From positions 190,166 through 254,165 of the forward strand of contig DF237000.1 in NCBI GenBank assembly GCA_000708835.1: a stretch of DNA of 64,000 nucleotides, read 5' to 3'. Position numbers and translations under genes: made by a program. The stretch comes from Klebsormidium nitens. Its lineage: Eukaryota; Plantae; Klebsormidiophyceae. Positions within the stretch are counted from its first letter, which is position 1; the number at the start of each line of letters is the position of its first letter. Shown here one piece after another: positions 1 through 13,600 of this stretch. Under the pieces are notes generated by a model, which was not told the DNA's origin, ran no database searches, and saw only the letters and a program-made list of their open reading frames with translations.

Positions 1-2289
1 TTGGTTCAACTTGTAAATCCCTATTGACTGGCTGTCTTTTCTTTGGTCCCTCGCACCTCGAATTTTCCATCTTTGAGCAGAACCAGCGGATGTTTTCTAA
101 ATCTCCATATTTCAACGTCGTCACAGCGCTCGTACACTGAATTCTACACGTGGGGGATACGAGTCTGTCTCTGATACTGATGGCCGCGATGACCTGCTTG
201 AACATTGATGACGCCAGTAGATACGTGTTTGTTTTACTATTACTGTGAAGACTGGGACCACCTTCGTTTTTGCAGAACTGGTACAACCTGGCAGTAGCAT
301 GTATTTTCCTGCTGCCATTCCATGGCCACTTCGGTCTTCGGGCCCATTGAAAGTTTTCAAAGACCGTGCGACTGTTGGCAGATACACTCTTGGCGAATCT
401 TGGCTCGGATGTAACGGGCGTGCTGGCTTGTGCTGGTCAGTCCGTGTCCGCCGGAGAGGAAGTAACGCCAGTACTTTCAAATTTTGGTTCCATGCTCTGT
501 TTCGCTGGTATGTCTTCCGAAACTACCCAGAGGGTTGCTTTTGGGATCCCTGTGCGCGGCCCCAGTGCCGATACCTGCCATCATCACCGGTTGAAGTGGT
601 GTGTGTGTTCCCTGATGTTTTCTGGCAACAGAGCCGACAATGATAAGAACCTCTCTCGATGCCCGTGAACTCGATCGAAGTAGGAAGAAGAGGTCTGCTG
701 CGAGTGGGGTCGGTTAAGAGGGCTATCCGAGAAGCGTTGCATCGTAAGTTGTCGAGGCAGTGCTCTGTCTTTATTATCGTGCGGAGGCAAAGATGACCAT
801 TTCTGGCACCTTGTTGGGTTCATGTGCCCATCATAGTATGGAGGACAGTGCCTGATGCCACCTGCCTCACACGCGCTCGTTTGAGCCGCTCACCCCAAAA
901 ATGTGCAACACTTCCTTTGAGCACTTACCGGGTACTATCTTCACCGGCACTGACGTCACTTCCCTCTGCCGACCAGCATGGTCATTGGAATGAGGAATCT
1001 TTGATTGCCTTGAAGTTTGCTTTGGGATGGAATCTCTGATTGCCTTGAAGTTTGCTTTGGGCCAGCAGCTCACAAGCAAAGCCCTAGTCTGGTGCCCACT
1101 GGTCTTGTTGCAGATCAGAGAAAGAACTTTAAGCAGGTTCTAACTCACGGTCACTGTCCCAGCCAGTGTCTGGTTCTAGGTTAGCCGACGGGTTACCCAT
1201 CCCTGCCCTGTCCCCCATATATCCAATCTGTTTGCCCGAAATAATGTCCTTTTTGGTGAACCATGTCTTTTAGGGGGTCACCTGATTTTTGCTCCTTGGG
1301 CTTCCTGCTTTTACCGTTAGCCGCACTCTTTTTTCCTGCTTCTCCGTCCAAACATCCTTGAAGTACGACCATCGTAACGCGCGCTAAGGGCAGATCTCAA
1401 GCATAGAACGTTACAAGGTTGCGGGTAGATCTTTGATTTCCTGTTGAACGGGCTCTGCCTGCCAAAGCACTTGCACTAGATGGCTGCTTTTCTGCTACTT
1501 CGATCGGCTCTCCGTCTCTGCTCATGACCACATGCAGCCCACACGCGTCGCCAAATTGCGAGACCGTTGTTTGGCCGTGGCGCTGATGACATTTCCAGCT
1601 GCTTTTGTCAAAATCTTTTCTTTTTGGTTCTCAGTGCCGGAGGTCGATTTCATTCCCTGTCCCTTCTTTTTTTTGTGCTCGTTGCTGGTACTGGGATGGT
1701 AGCTGGGACGAGATTGGTCTCTGGGTGCCCGTAGCCCACTGCTCGATATGATCTGGACCGATGCTGCCAATTTTTAAACGCCTTGTTTCGTACACAGGTC
1801 AGAATCTGCGGATGTGTTGGCACTATGACGAGCTGACCTTGCTCGAAAGAATTGGGTCTCAATGAAATCTGTAAAATGCAAACAGTGCTCGAAAGACATG
1901 CTCAATTGCTCGTGGCTCCTTTCCGTAGGAGTTTGTTTGAACTAGTACGGTCAGTCCCCTTGGCCAAGTGGCTTAAGACGAGATAGGAAGAGCGTTCCTG
2001 ATCGTTTGGAGGAAGCAAAACCCCTCAAAAGAGACTAGAGAAGGAGATTAAGCTGGATAATATCTGTAGTTCCAGCCCATTACTTCGAGGTTTTGAGAGC
2101 TTTGAACCATCGGTTGCATAAGGAGTCCCTGATGACCGGTCAGGTCTGTGATTGAGAGCAGCCAGCTTGCTACTCATTCCTCAGATGCTATCGTGCATTC
2201 ACCTGAGGTCCGAGCTATCGTGCATTGACATGATGTCCTTCTGAAACTTCAAGAGAAGTTGAATTGATAATTTGGTACGGTGCAGGTAG

Positions 2290-5200
2290 CAAAGGAGTCG
2301 CTTCTCAGCGAGGCAGCAGTCCCTCCACCGGAAGAGACGGTAAGAGGCACTTTGCTGGAGGTAGTGCTCCTAGTGTAATAGCTCATTGGAAAAACAAGTG
2401 ACATCCGGACTCGTCCATTCAACGAATTGAGATTCCATCCAATCGAAATAGAAGCTCACGAAAACTGCTAATCGAGTCCCGAGGCGTGCATCCAAATTGT
2501 CGTGAAACATTTCGGTTGGAACACTGCTTACCGTTAATTAATTTCATTTGTGCGCATGCGGTAGTCACGCTTAGTCTACTTCGAAAGCGGGCCGCTTGTT
2601 GCAGCTACTCTGATTGCAGTGTGATGAAAATTGGCAAGCAGTATGTCACTAATTCTTGACAGAACTGCGAACAACTACAAACCAGGTTGCTAGACCGGTT
2701 CAGGAAGAGAGCGTGTTGCGTCGCTGATCGCTAGACGACGCTCTTTACCGCTTGGTAGCCACCAAATCGTGGATTGTGGGTAGCGGAGCCCGCTTTACGG
2801 ATCCTCACACTACTCAAAGATTAAGAGTGAAATGTTCCCTCATGTTCTTTCAGGCGACGGCGTCCCGGCCTGAGCCCGTGCGGCGCCCTTACACGACTCC
2901 TTAGAGCCTATCCCTCTCCGGTTGAACACGACGCCGTACCCTCGAGAAATACGGGAGCACTTTTACCGGGAGGCGTGCCTGGCGGCCAAGATTGCGGTCA
3001 ACGACGGGTTGCACCAACTAGAGGTGGGTAGAACAAACCTAGGAGGCACCGATTTACTTCCACTGCACCGCTGTCGTTTGAAAGAGTAGATTCAAAAAGA
3101 ACTGGTACTTTGAGAGGGGGAGACGGCGCAACGCTTGGGTGCGAAAAGCCCGGCCCGAGTGTCGGAAAAAGACAGAACACGAGCAATCTGATAACTGGCT
3201 CATCCGGGTTTGGATAGGACCGAACCATGAGCGCAGAATGGACCGGAAGAACGTGCGTCGCTCTCTCAAGTCAGTTGCGTCATCCGTTGGTTGGCTTGAC
3301 GTCACGTGCCGGTTCGGAGCCCCCAATAGATCATGCTCGTGTTGAACCCTTGTGCACTTTTTCTGCTTATAAGCGAGTGATTTGCTCAAAGGCATGTAGG
3401 AAGGACTAACGACGAGGCCCGGAGCACATTATACGTCGGCCGGGTTCGGCAATTCTTAGAAGGCTGCGCAAACGGATTGACCATCAGAAGCACTCACTTT
3501 GCTGACGTCACCCGCAGATCCGGTGCATCATCCCCGAGCTGAACCCCGAGATGGACGTGTACCGAATTGGCACCCTCCTGGAGCTCATGCGCGAGCTCGC
3601 CTTCACCTTCGCTGACGACGCAAAGCGCGTTAAGGTGAGCACGCTGACGTTTGCACGCCATCTGATCCTCGAATATTTCACTTGTTTTCTGGTCGCCGTG
3701 TGCAACTTTTCTGCCGGCTGTTCGACGACGTTGGGAGGGCTGGTTACCGGGAGGGCGAAAACACCCCCATACCTCTGAAGTAAAAAGTTGTTTAAAGCCC
3801 ATTCCAACAGACAACCGCCGGTCCTTTCTCTGTGTTCGTGGCTGCAGATGTGCGGGCAGGGGACCATGGGGACGGCATCTTTTCCGGCATGCCGCTTAGA
3901 GCCTCGCAAAGCACATAAACCCCAAGGAAAACCACAACTTTTGCGAGGCTTATCACTGCCATTGATTGCCGTTCCTTTTCCCGTTTCCGTTGCTTCGGGT
4001 GTGCGTGCAAGGCAGCATGGAGAACGGCATTGTCTCAGCATGCCGCTCGCAGATCCACAGACCAAGGAACCGAAAACTCTGAATCTGCAAAGCCTGGGAG
4101 CTGTTAAATGGCCCCTAACGGCCGGTTTTGCCTTCGTTCCGTGCTGCAGGTGTGCGTCCAGGGCAGCATGGGGGACGGCATCTTTTCCGGCATGCCCCTC
4201 GCGCTGGCCGGCACGCGGCGCATCATTGAAAGCATGGACTGGGGGGATGAGGAGGACAAGGCCAACTTCATCCGCTTTGGAGCCGTCGGTAAGAGCGCTC
4301 CATAAAGTCAGAAGTTCGTCCAAAAAAGTTTTGTGTTTCGTGTTACCCGTCTTTGAGGGGCGTGTTTCCTTCGATGATTCAGGCGTGTTGAAGAGACGGA
4401 AAATTATTGGCCAGAGTCATACGCTGGGGATCCGTCGGTTTAGGTGACCTTGAATCTGGAGTCTTCTGCACGCATCACGTCTAAACTGTTCCAGAAAGTT
4501 CAGGTTGCGGCCCTTGTGTGAATCGCACCGTTTGTTGTTTGTTGTGGCCCGTGACTGGAAGCGCCTTCCGCAGAGACGTAAGAAAAGAGATATGACTGGG
4601 ACAGCTCAGCTTTGCCAGGTGCTTCGTCTCCTTGTTTCCATGATCCCGTAGCATCGCTTGCAAATACGTGCGACAAGAGCGAGCTGCTTCTGTGTTGGGG
4701 CCATGCTCAACGATGGATAGAGAAGTAGGCAACGCCTTCCTGATTACGCTTGTGTGCAATCGAAGTATGTTCTCAGCTTCTCTGCCTCTTATTTCCAGGA
4801 GCAAAGGAAGTAACCGATGAGGACGACCTCTTCATCGTCATGGCGCCCCAAAACGCGGTAGCGAACTGCATTATTCCGGTGAGGCCGCCGTTCCGTTGCA
4901 ATCCGTTGTCCGAGCGGTGTGCGTTACGAGTGGAGTACTGTCCAGATCCGTATGACACTGTGGGTCGTCTGCTGACAAAATTCGTAGATTCACCGGACAG
5001 CTTAAAGCATGCTCCCCTCGTGACGGGCCAGAAGTACGATAGCAAGAAACAGTTTCTGCTTTTAGATACATAAGAAAGAACAACTGTATAAATGGCACTA
5101 GAGAACATCTTGTGGTAACTGTGCTCTTCAAGCTCGAAATCAAGCTCATAGAAGCATTTATAGCTTACAAAGCGCCCCAAGCGCCCCTTAGCGAACGGCG

Positions 5201-7480
5201 CGGAGTTAGACAGTGCTTGACGAGCAAACGGTGGTTGATCAGACGAACGGTAGTGTCGCATCGGACTCTTGAGAGAGTGCGTACTTGACTACTGGTTAAT
5301 GCAGGATTTGGAAGCGATGCTGGAGGCTGCGGGAACACGGCCGCTGATAATCGTGAATCCGCGACTGAAGGTCAGTGCTTCTCTTCGACAATTTTGGGCT
5401 TGAGTGGAATTGGTGCCATTTTTTTCCCAACTCGGACGATTAACATGATGCGTACGTAGTTGCGGACGCTCCTGGTAGGATTCTGTACGCTTCTCACTGA
5501 CTTTTAAGCGCTTCCGGGCTTTTGAAGTTGTTCAAAACGCTCATCCGAGATATTGAATCGCCTCTTTTTCACTTTTAAGGATGCCTCTCAGACCGTTCAG
5601 TGGCGCGAGCATATGTGTGCCCGCTTTTCTTTGCGAAACGTGCCTAGCTCGGCGGGCGTGTTGCAGATCTGCGGGTGCGGGAAGCGCTTTTCTTACTAGC
5701 TTCGGCGCTCCTCGAATCATTCGAACGCATTGATAAGACGCTCGCGCGCACTTGTTTGCAGGACGTCCCGAACTCGGCAAGCGTATCCAGATCCGCACGA
5801 GAGAGGAGCGCTCTTCGTACGCGTTCGGACGCTGCTTATGTCGTTTTGGGCGCAATCGAAATACATTCGTGCGCCTTTTCCTGCAGGAGGTCCCTAATCA
5901 GGCGCACGTCATGCGCAAGAAGAGCGCACTTTGTACTGACTCGGACGCTGCTCAGGTCTTTCGGACGCTTAAATGCTTGCGCACAGTTTCATGCAGGACG
6001 TGCCTAGCTCGGCGGGCGTGATGCAGATTCGCGGGCGAGACAAGCGCTTGGGCCTCGTACGGGGTCGGACGCTGCTCAAAGTTTCCGGACGCTTCTCAAA
6101 TTCTTCGGACGCATAAGCCCTCCCGCGTTCTCCCTGCAGGACGTGCCCAGCTCGGCGGGCGTGATGCAGATCCGCGGGCGCGAGGAGCGCGAGCGCTTCA
6201 CCGCGTCGTTCTTCCGGTGCTACAACTTCCGGCTGCTCTACAAGGCCGCCACCAACTTCTACCCCATCATGGGCGCGCTCACGTAACCGACCTTGGCTGA
6301 ACAGCCCTCCGGCCTTAGCAGCATTTTACTCAGTTTCTGCGACTCTAGCAACTTCACCTTAAATGCTCCCGATCTCAATAACCGTAAACCAAACCCTCCG
6401 TTCCGAAAAACTTGCTATGTATCCTCCTTTCCTCGCAGATCTGTCTAGATTCTCCCTCCCAGCAACTCTTGAACAGACGTCAAGTCTTTACCCTTTTCTA
6501 GCAACTGTGACCCAACCAATCGTATGCAGCAACCAGACTCCCCGATTCTAGATCCTCATTTCGCCGGAATCTTCTTTTTGTAATGATTGTGCCGAAAGTC
6601 GTGCGGTTCCGATCCGTCGCTTTGTTGGAGAGCTTGGACGGTCTGACCTTAGAGGTCTATGCTTCAGCGTGGTTAGGCCTCCTCCGATGGCATTGAGACG
6701 TCAAGCATCCTTGAAGCACGCGCAACTTGCATCAAAGCGGTCCGGACTGCCAGCATACTTGCAATCACTGAACTCATGCCTCTACGGTCAGGCCTGCGCT
6801 TCAATAGTTCCCGCCCGCAATCGGCTACCGTCCCTTTGAGTTATCGGTCTTGCTATTAGAATCAGGACGTCAAGCCAGAAATCTTGCATGCTTATGTGCC
6901 CCGCAGGTATGTGTACCCTGGCAAATACGAAGTCTACCGGCGGAAGGACATGGGCTTTGGCGAGGAGCGTTACGATCTGTTGGGCGAATTTGACGAGGAG
7001 CCCATGAAGCAGGACCTGGGAGACGTCTTGTACGGGCGGCGAAAGGTCGGGGAACAGAAGCTCAAAACCAGGTAGGGGCCGCTTCTTTCTCACATTCTGG
7101 TATGTTCACTTCAAGCTCCTTCAGTGTTTTGCGTAGCGGTTGAGCTATTTGTGTCTCCTTTTGATTTGGCGCCGCAAATATGATGACGGTATTCGGTATT
7201 TGGTGTTGAAGGCGACGACACGAGTTCGCGTTCACGGAACGCAGGAAGACTGTGCTGAAGGTGTATCGAGCCTCGAGCCGTGAGTTCGTTAGCCGTCAAA
7301 CCTCTGCGCATTCGAAGATACCATGTCTCATAGCAATTCTCCACCCCGCCAGCTGTTAATGGAAACGGCAGTCGTTGGGGTCTGGTGGAGAGCAAGTCGC
7401 GAAGTCACAAGCTATTGCATTCGGCAAAGACGATATCTGACCTTATGCTTCGTGTATTCTACAGGGGTTTGTTTGGATAG
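2290..7480 (+). CDS. DUF1995 domain protein, copy A (similar to C-terminal domain of plant chloroplast adenylate kinase 5); 5' exon frameshifted, possibly a pseudogene
   Basis: Hand-built GT-AG exons: ~2290-2339, 2854-3023, 3518-3634, 4150-4288, 4799-4878, 5305-5370, 6140-6282, 6908-7072, 7465-7480. Spliced peptide: ...IRCIIPELNPEMDVYRIGTLLELMRELAFTFADDAKRVKVCVQGSMGDGIFSGMPLALAGTRRIIESMDWGD...PQNAVANCIIPDLEAMLEAAGTRPLIIVNPRLKDVPSSAG...YPIMGAL...RGLFG*. These motifs match the DUF1995 region of Arabidopsis At5g35170 from recall. Start codon not resolved; exon 2854-3023 is 14 nt shorter than in copy B. Confidence 0.8.
3840..4060 (+). repeat. Two degenerate upstream copies of the acceptor and 5' end of the VCVQGSMG exon (copy A)
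   Basis: ctgcag|atgtgcgggcaggggaccatggggacggcatctttccggcatgcc (~3845) and gtgtgcgtgcaaggcagcatggagaacggcattg (~4000) vs true exon ctgcag|gtgtgcgtccagggcagcatgggggacggcatc at 4150; period ~150 bp. Confidence 0.85.
5600..6190 (+). repeat. Tandem array (4 decoys plus true exon) of acceptor and 5' end of the DVPSSAG exon (copy A)
   Basis: Variants of gcag|GACGTGCCCAGCTCGGCGGGCGTGATGCAGATCCGCGGG..GAGCGC at ~5637, ~5760, ~5885, ~5997 and the true exon at 6140; period ~120-140 bp. Confidence 0.9.
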
Positions 7481-10400
7481 AGCGAGGGTTGGTGGCTTTG
7501 CACGTGTTGGAACTAGCTGTCCTATATTGGATTGGGGAACAAGGCTCCAGGCCCTTGAAGAGTGCATGCGGCACTCAGTGCAACACCCATTTTGAACCTG
7601 TACATTGGTCGACTCGCCGCTTGCGTTCAAATATGTTCTGCAGCAGCTTTTTCCTTATCTTTTGATGAGAGTCCTGCCGATAATCATGCACCCCTCTTTG
7701 CCACCATGCACTGCTGGAGTGGACTGTTACTGTGCACTGGAGCCACCCTTACGAAGCCGAAAGAAGCTTCGAAAATAATCTAGAACTCTGCTGCCCACCA
7801 AGTGGTTGCCATCGTTGATTGCCATTGATTGAAACTTGGGATTCAACGCCTTTAGATTACATCCACTGCCTTAGAAGCGCGTGCGCATAGTGCAGATTAG
7901 TGTTACTTTATCATCAGCAATCATCTGTCCTAATCGATCTGAGAACTCGATGCTTTGTTTCTGTAAGCTCAATATTCTGGTCGGAACCGGGAGAGGAAGG
8001 GCTCGGCCTGTGAGCGAGCTGGACTTCCATAGACGTTTTCCTTTCGCTTAAATTGTAACGCGAGAGAAGGCCAAAGCATTATACAAAAGGTTGCATGCTC
8101 TGGCATACAACCGTTGGCTAGAGAGGATTGTCATTCTTTCGGGTGTGCCTAATCACCCAGATGGTTGCGTGTCTCTTCGAGCCCTCGGATACAGTTAGTT
8201 TCGTTGCGCGCGCGAAATAGCCCTTGGATACCTGCCGCGCAACCACTACATCTGGGCTCTTCGCGGGGAGGGATGCCCCTCGGTCGACCGCTCTGGCTAA
8301 CCTTCCTCACCGCTGCTTGCAAAGTCTGCTGCTAAGATTCGTTGCTCACTTACAAGCTCACTTTGAGAAGTATACGAACCCCTTCGAATGCCTTGTTTTC
8401 GATCTTTGAGGTAGATTCTTCAGCCTTTTCAGCCCGTGTTGCGTCGTGGTTTGTGCCGCACTCTTCTCAATCTGCCAATGGTCTGGTGAGGATGGCTAGG
8501 AAGATTCTTGCCGCAGGGTATGGAGCGTTGCTCCAACCAGCTGTGAAACTTCGGACGCCTGGATAGGGAAAATGGTTGAAGCTGCCATGCTGAAGCCTGT
8601 CCAAACACGCCTTGCGGTACATGACGCGTGTGCTTGTGATCGCACCGGTCCGTTTTGTGTGGCCTCTAGTGAGGGGTCCAAAGGGTCATTTCAACGGGAC
8701 TTCTCCCAAAATCCTGTCGGGTACACTGCAAGTGTGCCAGCAGCTAGCTTTCGGTTTGTAAATCAGCACTCAATGCAGGTCGTAATGTTGAGGCCGTAAT
8801 TGCTTGTAAGATCGTCAAAAGCAATGGCAAGGAAGAATACATCGGCTGCCTGGGGCTTACTATCCCCAACAACCAGCTGAATTTTGCGGAATTTGACGCC
8901 ATTCTTCTAAAGACTTCCAACTCGGCCTTTGTTGTACCTCGATGTTGAGAGTACTTGTCAAAGGGTTGGAAGTTTGCCTGAGATTCAATCCCTTTAAGCT
9001 TGTCGCTTGAGCCCTTTTCCGAACGCTGGCAAGAGCCCGCTCACTTAGTCTGCCTCTCACTTGAGCAAACAAAGACAATGCGCACCCATTTTTTAGATTG
9101 CCTTGAAAGGGTATGTGGAGACGCTGCAAAAGGATCCTCAAGATTGTCCGATTGCACTGCCATGTGGTGGGTTGCTGTCCCGCAAGCTGCGTTCAAAGAA
9201 TCACAAGAGTACTGGCCTTCAAAACCGCCCGTCACGATTATTGACAGTAGAACGAACATGTTAAAGTGTCATCGGAAGAAGCATCCGTGGAGAAATCTCT
9301 TCAGACCTGTTCCTGTGGCTATGGCTTCGTGCCTAGAGAATCGTCTTCTTAGGTGTCGTCCTTTTGTTACTTCATCAGCGCGAATTCAGTGGCTGGGATG
9401 ACTGTCACCTGTCGGGTCCTTACCCACTGCAGCTTGTAGTCCGTAGCCTTTGTTGACGCCACCGGGTGCCGTGTCACTTCTTCGTACGCCTGGTTCTCGA
9501 AAACGCGAGCTGAATTTACGATTGCTTGAACCCAAGCGTGTCACAAAGGCCGGGCCGGACACATAAACAAAATTTCCGCTGACATTGCAAGTCTGGGATT
9601 GTTGGTATACCTGCGCTGCGGTACTTCTTGCCAAAAAGAAGACGACCACGTGCTTTTTGGGGCGCTCGGCTTGTCTCAGTAAACCTATAAATGTTGATGG
9701 TGGGATGTCGATAAAACGTGCCTCCTGCTGGGCCCATTAGGAGTGTCGTGAATCCGAAGCCACTGTGTACGAAGCTTTATCTTTTGCACGGACGATCGAC
9801 TCTTCATTTCGAGCTACCTTCTCATCCACGCTCCATCTGAAAGATGCCTGCTCGCAGCAGGTGCCAAATTAAGGTACTAGAGGACTGGCTGCTGAATTCG
9901 GTCGAGCAACTCTGGTGGCTGGAAATTAGTGACCTACGGGCTCATTTGGGTCATAGAAAGAAACCTGAGGCCGTACGTCACAATGATTAGGTGGCGGAAA
10001 TTGGTGTGAGTTGTTGCTTTGCTATTATTTCTTTCTTGCTTGTTGAAGTTGAAGGGGGTGGCTAGGACGAACTCTGCGCGCTGAGTTTTTGCTCGCTCAA
10101 AACACAGAAGGGTCCGGACGAAGCCATTGCATTTGAGGCCAGTTAAGCTATTGCACGCTTGTATGATACTGTAGCGCAGAAACAGTGTTTGCATGTCTTA
10201 GCAGCTTTCGCAACGATGCACCCTGTCAAACTTTGCAACGTACTTAATTAACGCCCGCCGGATATTGTGTTCGCTACGTGTACTTTGTTGTGAGTTGGGG
10301 CCGTAACATCTCCGAGCAATCTGCACCGAGCTCTACCATACCGTTGACCTTCAAAGTGGCACTTCGTGTCGCAATCTTATTACGGTGGCCGTAATGAGAG

Positions 10401-10699
10401 TCCCGTCTAGGTAATTTCCTCAGACTAGGCGTCGGACTATGCTGCCATGCTTAAGTACATCGGGACTCCACCACATAAGACGAAGAGTATCACAGTAGGC
10501 TGTTATCGGGGTTTGAGAGCAGCAGCAAAGAGTCGAGTAGCGGCACGAACTGCCAGACCGTATGCAAAAAACGGCAGCTGCGGCAGCCGTTCTGTTCTGA
10601 GTGTTTGGCTTGTGACTGGTCCCGAGCGTCCATACTGCTTTTCAAAAGCTTGTGCTGCTCACCAGACCTGCTTTTATTTCTTTGCAGAGATTGCACTTA

Positions 10700-13600
10700 T
10701 GCACGGCTGCCTCCTTGACTGTCTGCGGAAGCAGTACGTGGCTAAGATTCAAAGCTGCCCGCTAACGCATATGCGATAGGCTTCTCCTCCGTACTGACGC
10801 CATTGTTCTCCTACACGAGATGTCGCCCGTCAATGTCGCATCATTGTTTCCCGGGAAAACAGAACTCTGTTGGACGGCCCAAGCGCGTTCTTCCATGATC
10901 ACGTCTCTGCCCCTGTAAAATGTGCATTTCTCCTCGTGCGCTTGTTTTCTCGCGGTCCTCAGCCCCTTGATCGACATTGCTCTCTCGAGTGAGGATTTTG
11001 ACGGGGGTGTGATCCCGGATCGTTGGCAGGCTTCGGATGTGAATCAAACCTTGGGATACAGAGACTGCAAAATTGCAAGACCGCCTCCTGTCTTGTGTTC
11101 GGAGCAGTGGCTGGGATGCAAGCTGCCCCCTTAACGTTGCAATGAGTACTTGGACACAAGGTCTTGACGCCCTCCGCTATTCTCGACGGATAAATGCTCG
11201 TCAATATGCAAACTTTCTGGTCTTTCGGAGTGCCGAGAGCCTGTTGGGCGGCTCATTCATGTTATCTTTGACTTGGCCGGCTTTCTATCCTCGTGGAAGG
11301 CTTTCCCTCTCGTGCACTAGTAGCTGTGGTCTTCAATGGCTGGGACGAGGTTGCTCTATTGAGCAGCGAACCTCAAGTGCAAAGGAGCATCCGATGCAAC
11401 TGATTGCGAGATGCTTCAGACTGCGCAATCAACATCTGTCGGAGCTTGATTTGCTGGCGGCACCGGTCTGGGATATCAATCTAATCAAGATATTGTCCAT
11501 GCCTCCGCCGGTCAACGCTTACGGTCTTGAAGAGACGTTTCTTACTGGGGTGGGGTGCAAAATTGGCCGGTTGGCAGAAACGTCCGGTTGATATAAGAGA
11601 TCCGCATGTTGAGCATCAGTCCTGGCCCTTTGTTGCTGCCTCTTAACGCTTCGGGTACGATTTTGATCCACCCCTCGTCCGTCCGAGGATATTGGGTGAA
11701 AAAAATCCTGTCCTCAAAAAAAGGCCAAATATTATCCAGCTTGGGACCGCATTAGGCTTGAGATGGTCGCTTCCACTTCATTAGTTAAGGCACTGCTGCG
11801 AAGTTCTTTTGTGAGCGTTGGCTAAGATGCGAATCACTCGCTGGTTTTACTCCTTACCATGGGATTTGGGGATTCCCTGATGCCATTAGTTTGGAGCGCT
11901 CCTTTCTCTACCGGAGGTCTTATCCCGGTTGCGTGACAGCGGAAGCGCGATGACGTGCACCTCCGTTTCCGCGAGGGACTAGCCTGAAGCACTGAGCATG
12001 TCACGGTAGTTTCGACAGCCCATTGCCTCCTTCGAAGTGTTTGGCTCTTTGCCTTCGAGACTGGTCTCAGACTGCTTCTTGTGGGTAAGTATATCAAGCA
12101 TGGCCGGGAGGAGCTGCCCCGCTGAGTGAAGTTGCTCAGGCAGAAAAGGTGAATTGGGCTTCTTGAAGCCGCCGAAGCTATGCTTGTCGCAGTTCTAGGG
12201 CCTTGCGTTCGTTCGTCTTGGCTTGATGCGTGACCAGTGTGAAGGAAACACATTGAAGCAGCTGTTGGGTCGCTTTTGCTACCCAGTCTCTTCTCTGCTC
12301 CCTTGCAAGTGGCGCGCTTGAACGGGCTTCCTTCAGATCTCGAAAGCGACCCGGGCTGAGATGGTCACTTGCATGTTGGGTCACCCTCTCGTCCCCACAA
12401 CTATTGTCCTGGCTCCATTTGTATTGTCGGGGTGCTCCATACGCCTTCTTTCGCCTTCATCGTCAGATCTTGGAAGTGTATGCATAGCCAGTGGAGGCAG
12501 GCGACCGACGCATTGGCTGAGATGCAAAGCTGCCCGCTGTTACTCACGCGAAAAGCGGTTGACTGCTGGGCCCTCATGCTACTGTTCCGTTTACACGAAT
12601 GTCAATCCGACGAGGTTCAAGCGGCTTTTATTTCTGAAGGGGAGTCGAACGGCCCAATCAAATACGTTTGCCTTGAACAATATCGGCCCCCGTGATATAT
12701 AGGGTTTTCTTCTATCTTGCGCAAGCGTTGCGGCCCTCGCTGGCTGTGACGACTTTGCTTACTTGAGTTTAAAACCTCAGGAGGGGGATTCTGGATGCCA
12801 CTGGCTACATGATGCTCCACTATTAAATGAAGCATCTTTCCTGATCAGGGCTTGCTCTGATAGACGCGCGAGTCTGAAAATCAGTTGACAAGGTGTTTTT
12901 GAATCGTTCGTGGTCTCTTCCAACTCCGTCGACGCCTTCACGTTGGCACGGATCCCGAAGAAATCGCACCAGTGCCGGTTGGGTCTGCATGGTGAGCTTT
13001 GGTTCTTTTGACTGTGTCGTTGCCGCTTAAGTGGTCGGGTACCACTTCTATTCGCCGCTGTCGTTTGAGTTTATTGGGTGAAGGACCGGCTCAGTGAAAA
13101 TCAAGTCCCAGCTCGAAGCACAGTAGAGTAAAGATTCGACTGGTCAGGGGAGTGTTTGTACCGCAGGGTGAAGTCGACCATCTTTACTGTCCTCAGGCTG
13201 TTTGCATATTGTTGTTTTGCAAGCGCTGGTAGGGATGCAGACTACTTGCTGGGTCTTTTCCCATTCGGTGGCAAGTAGTTCGCCGACGCCGTTGTTTTGG
13301 ACCGTTCCTTTCCGGACAAGAAGTCTCTGTTTTCACAACAGGAAAGCAGAGAAGCGATACGGCGCACCTTCACTTCTTGAAGAGACTGGTAGGACATGGT
13401 AATCACGGCAGCTGCCATCATCTACAATCACATGCTTGAATTTGCTGCCCTCGTGATCGCTCCTAAATGTACCATATACTGCTTTTGGTTGATAGGTATT
13501 CCACGCATGGCCGTGAAGAGATGCCCTGCTGAGTGACTTTGCTCAACCAAGTGTCGCCAGCTCTCAGAGCCACTTGGCCGGTGTGTAACACTTTCTGCGG

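Larger units (their letters stand above)
660..8080 (+). repeat. Copy A of a tandem segmental duplication (partner ~17980-25650)
   Basis: Colinear nucleotide similarity in non-coding as well as coding DNA. Examples: gcggaggcaaagatgacca...tgcctgatgccacctgcctcac at ~780-870 vs ~18110-18200, and ccaggccctt.aagagtgcatgcggcactca at ~7545-7580 vs ~25185-25220. Boundaries are approximate. Confidence 0.9.

Noticed and set aside
990-1065. Two tandem 35-bp copies (gattgccttgaagtttgctttggg)
   Set aside because: An ordinary micro-duplication present only in duplication copy A, with no functional cue.
3508-4447. Overlapping ORFs 3508-4323 (-) and 3788-4447 (+)
   Set aside because: These are shadows of DUF1995 exons and decoy repeats, with no independent support.
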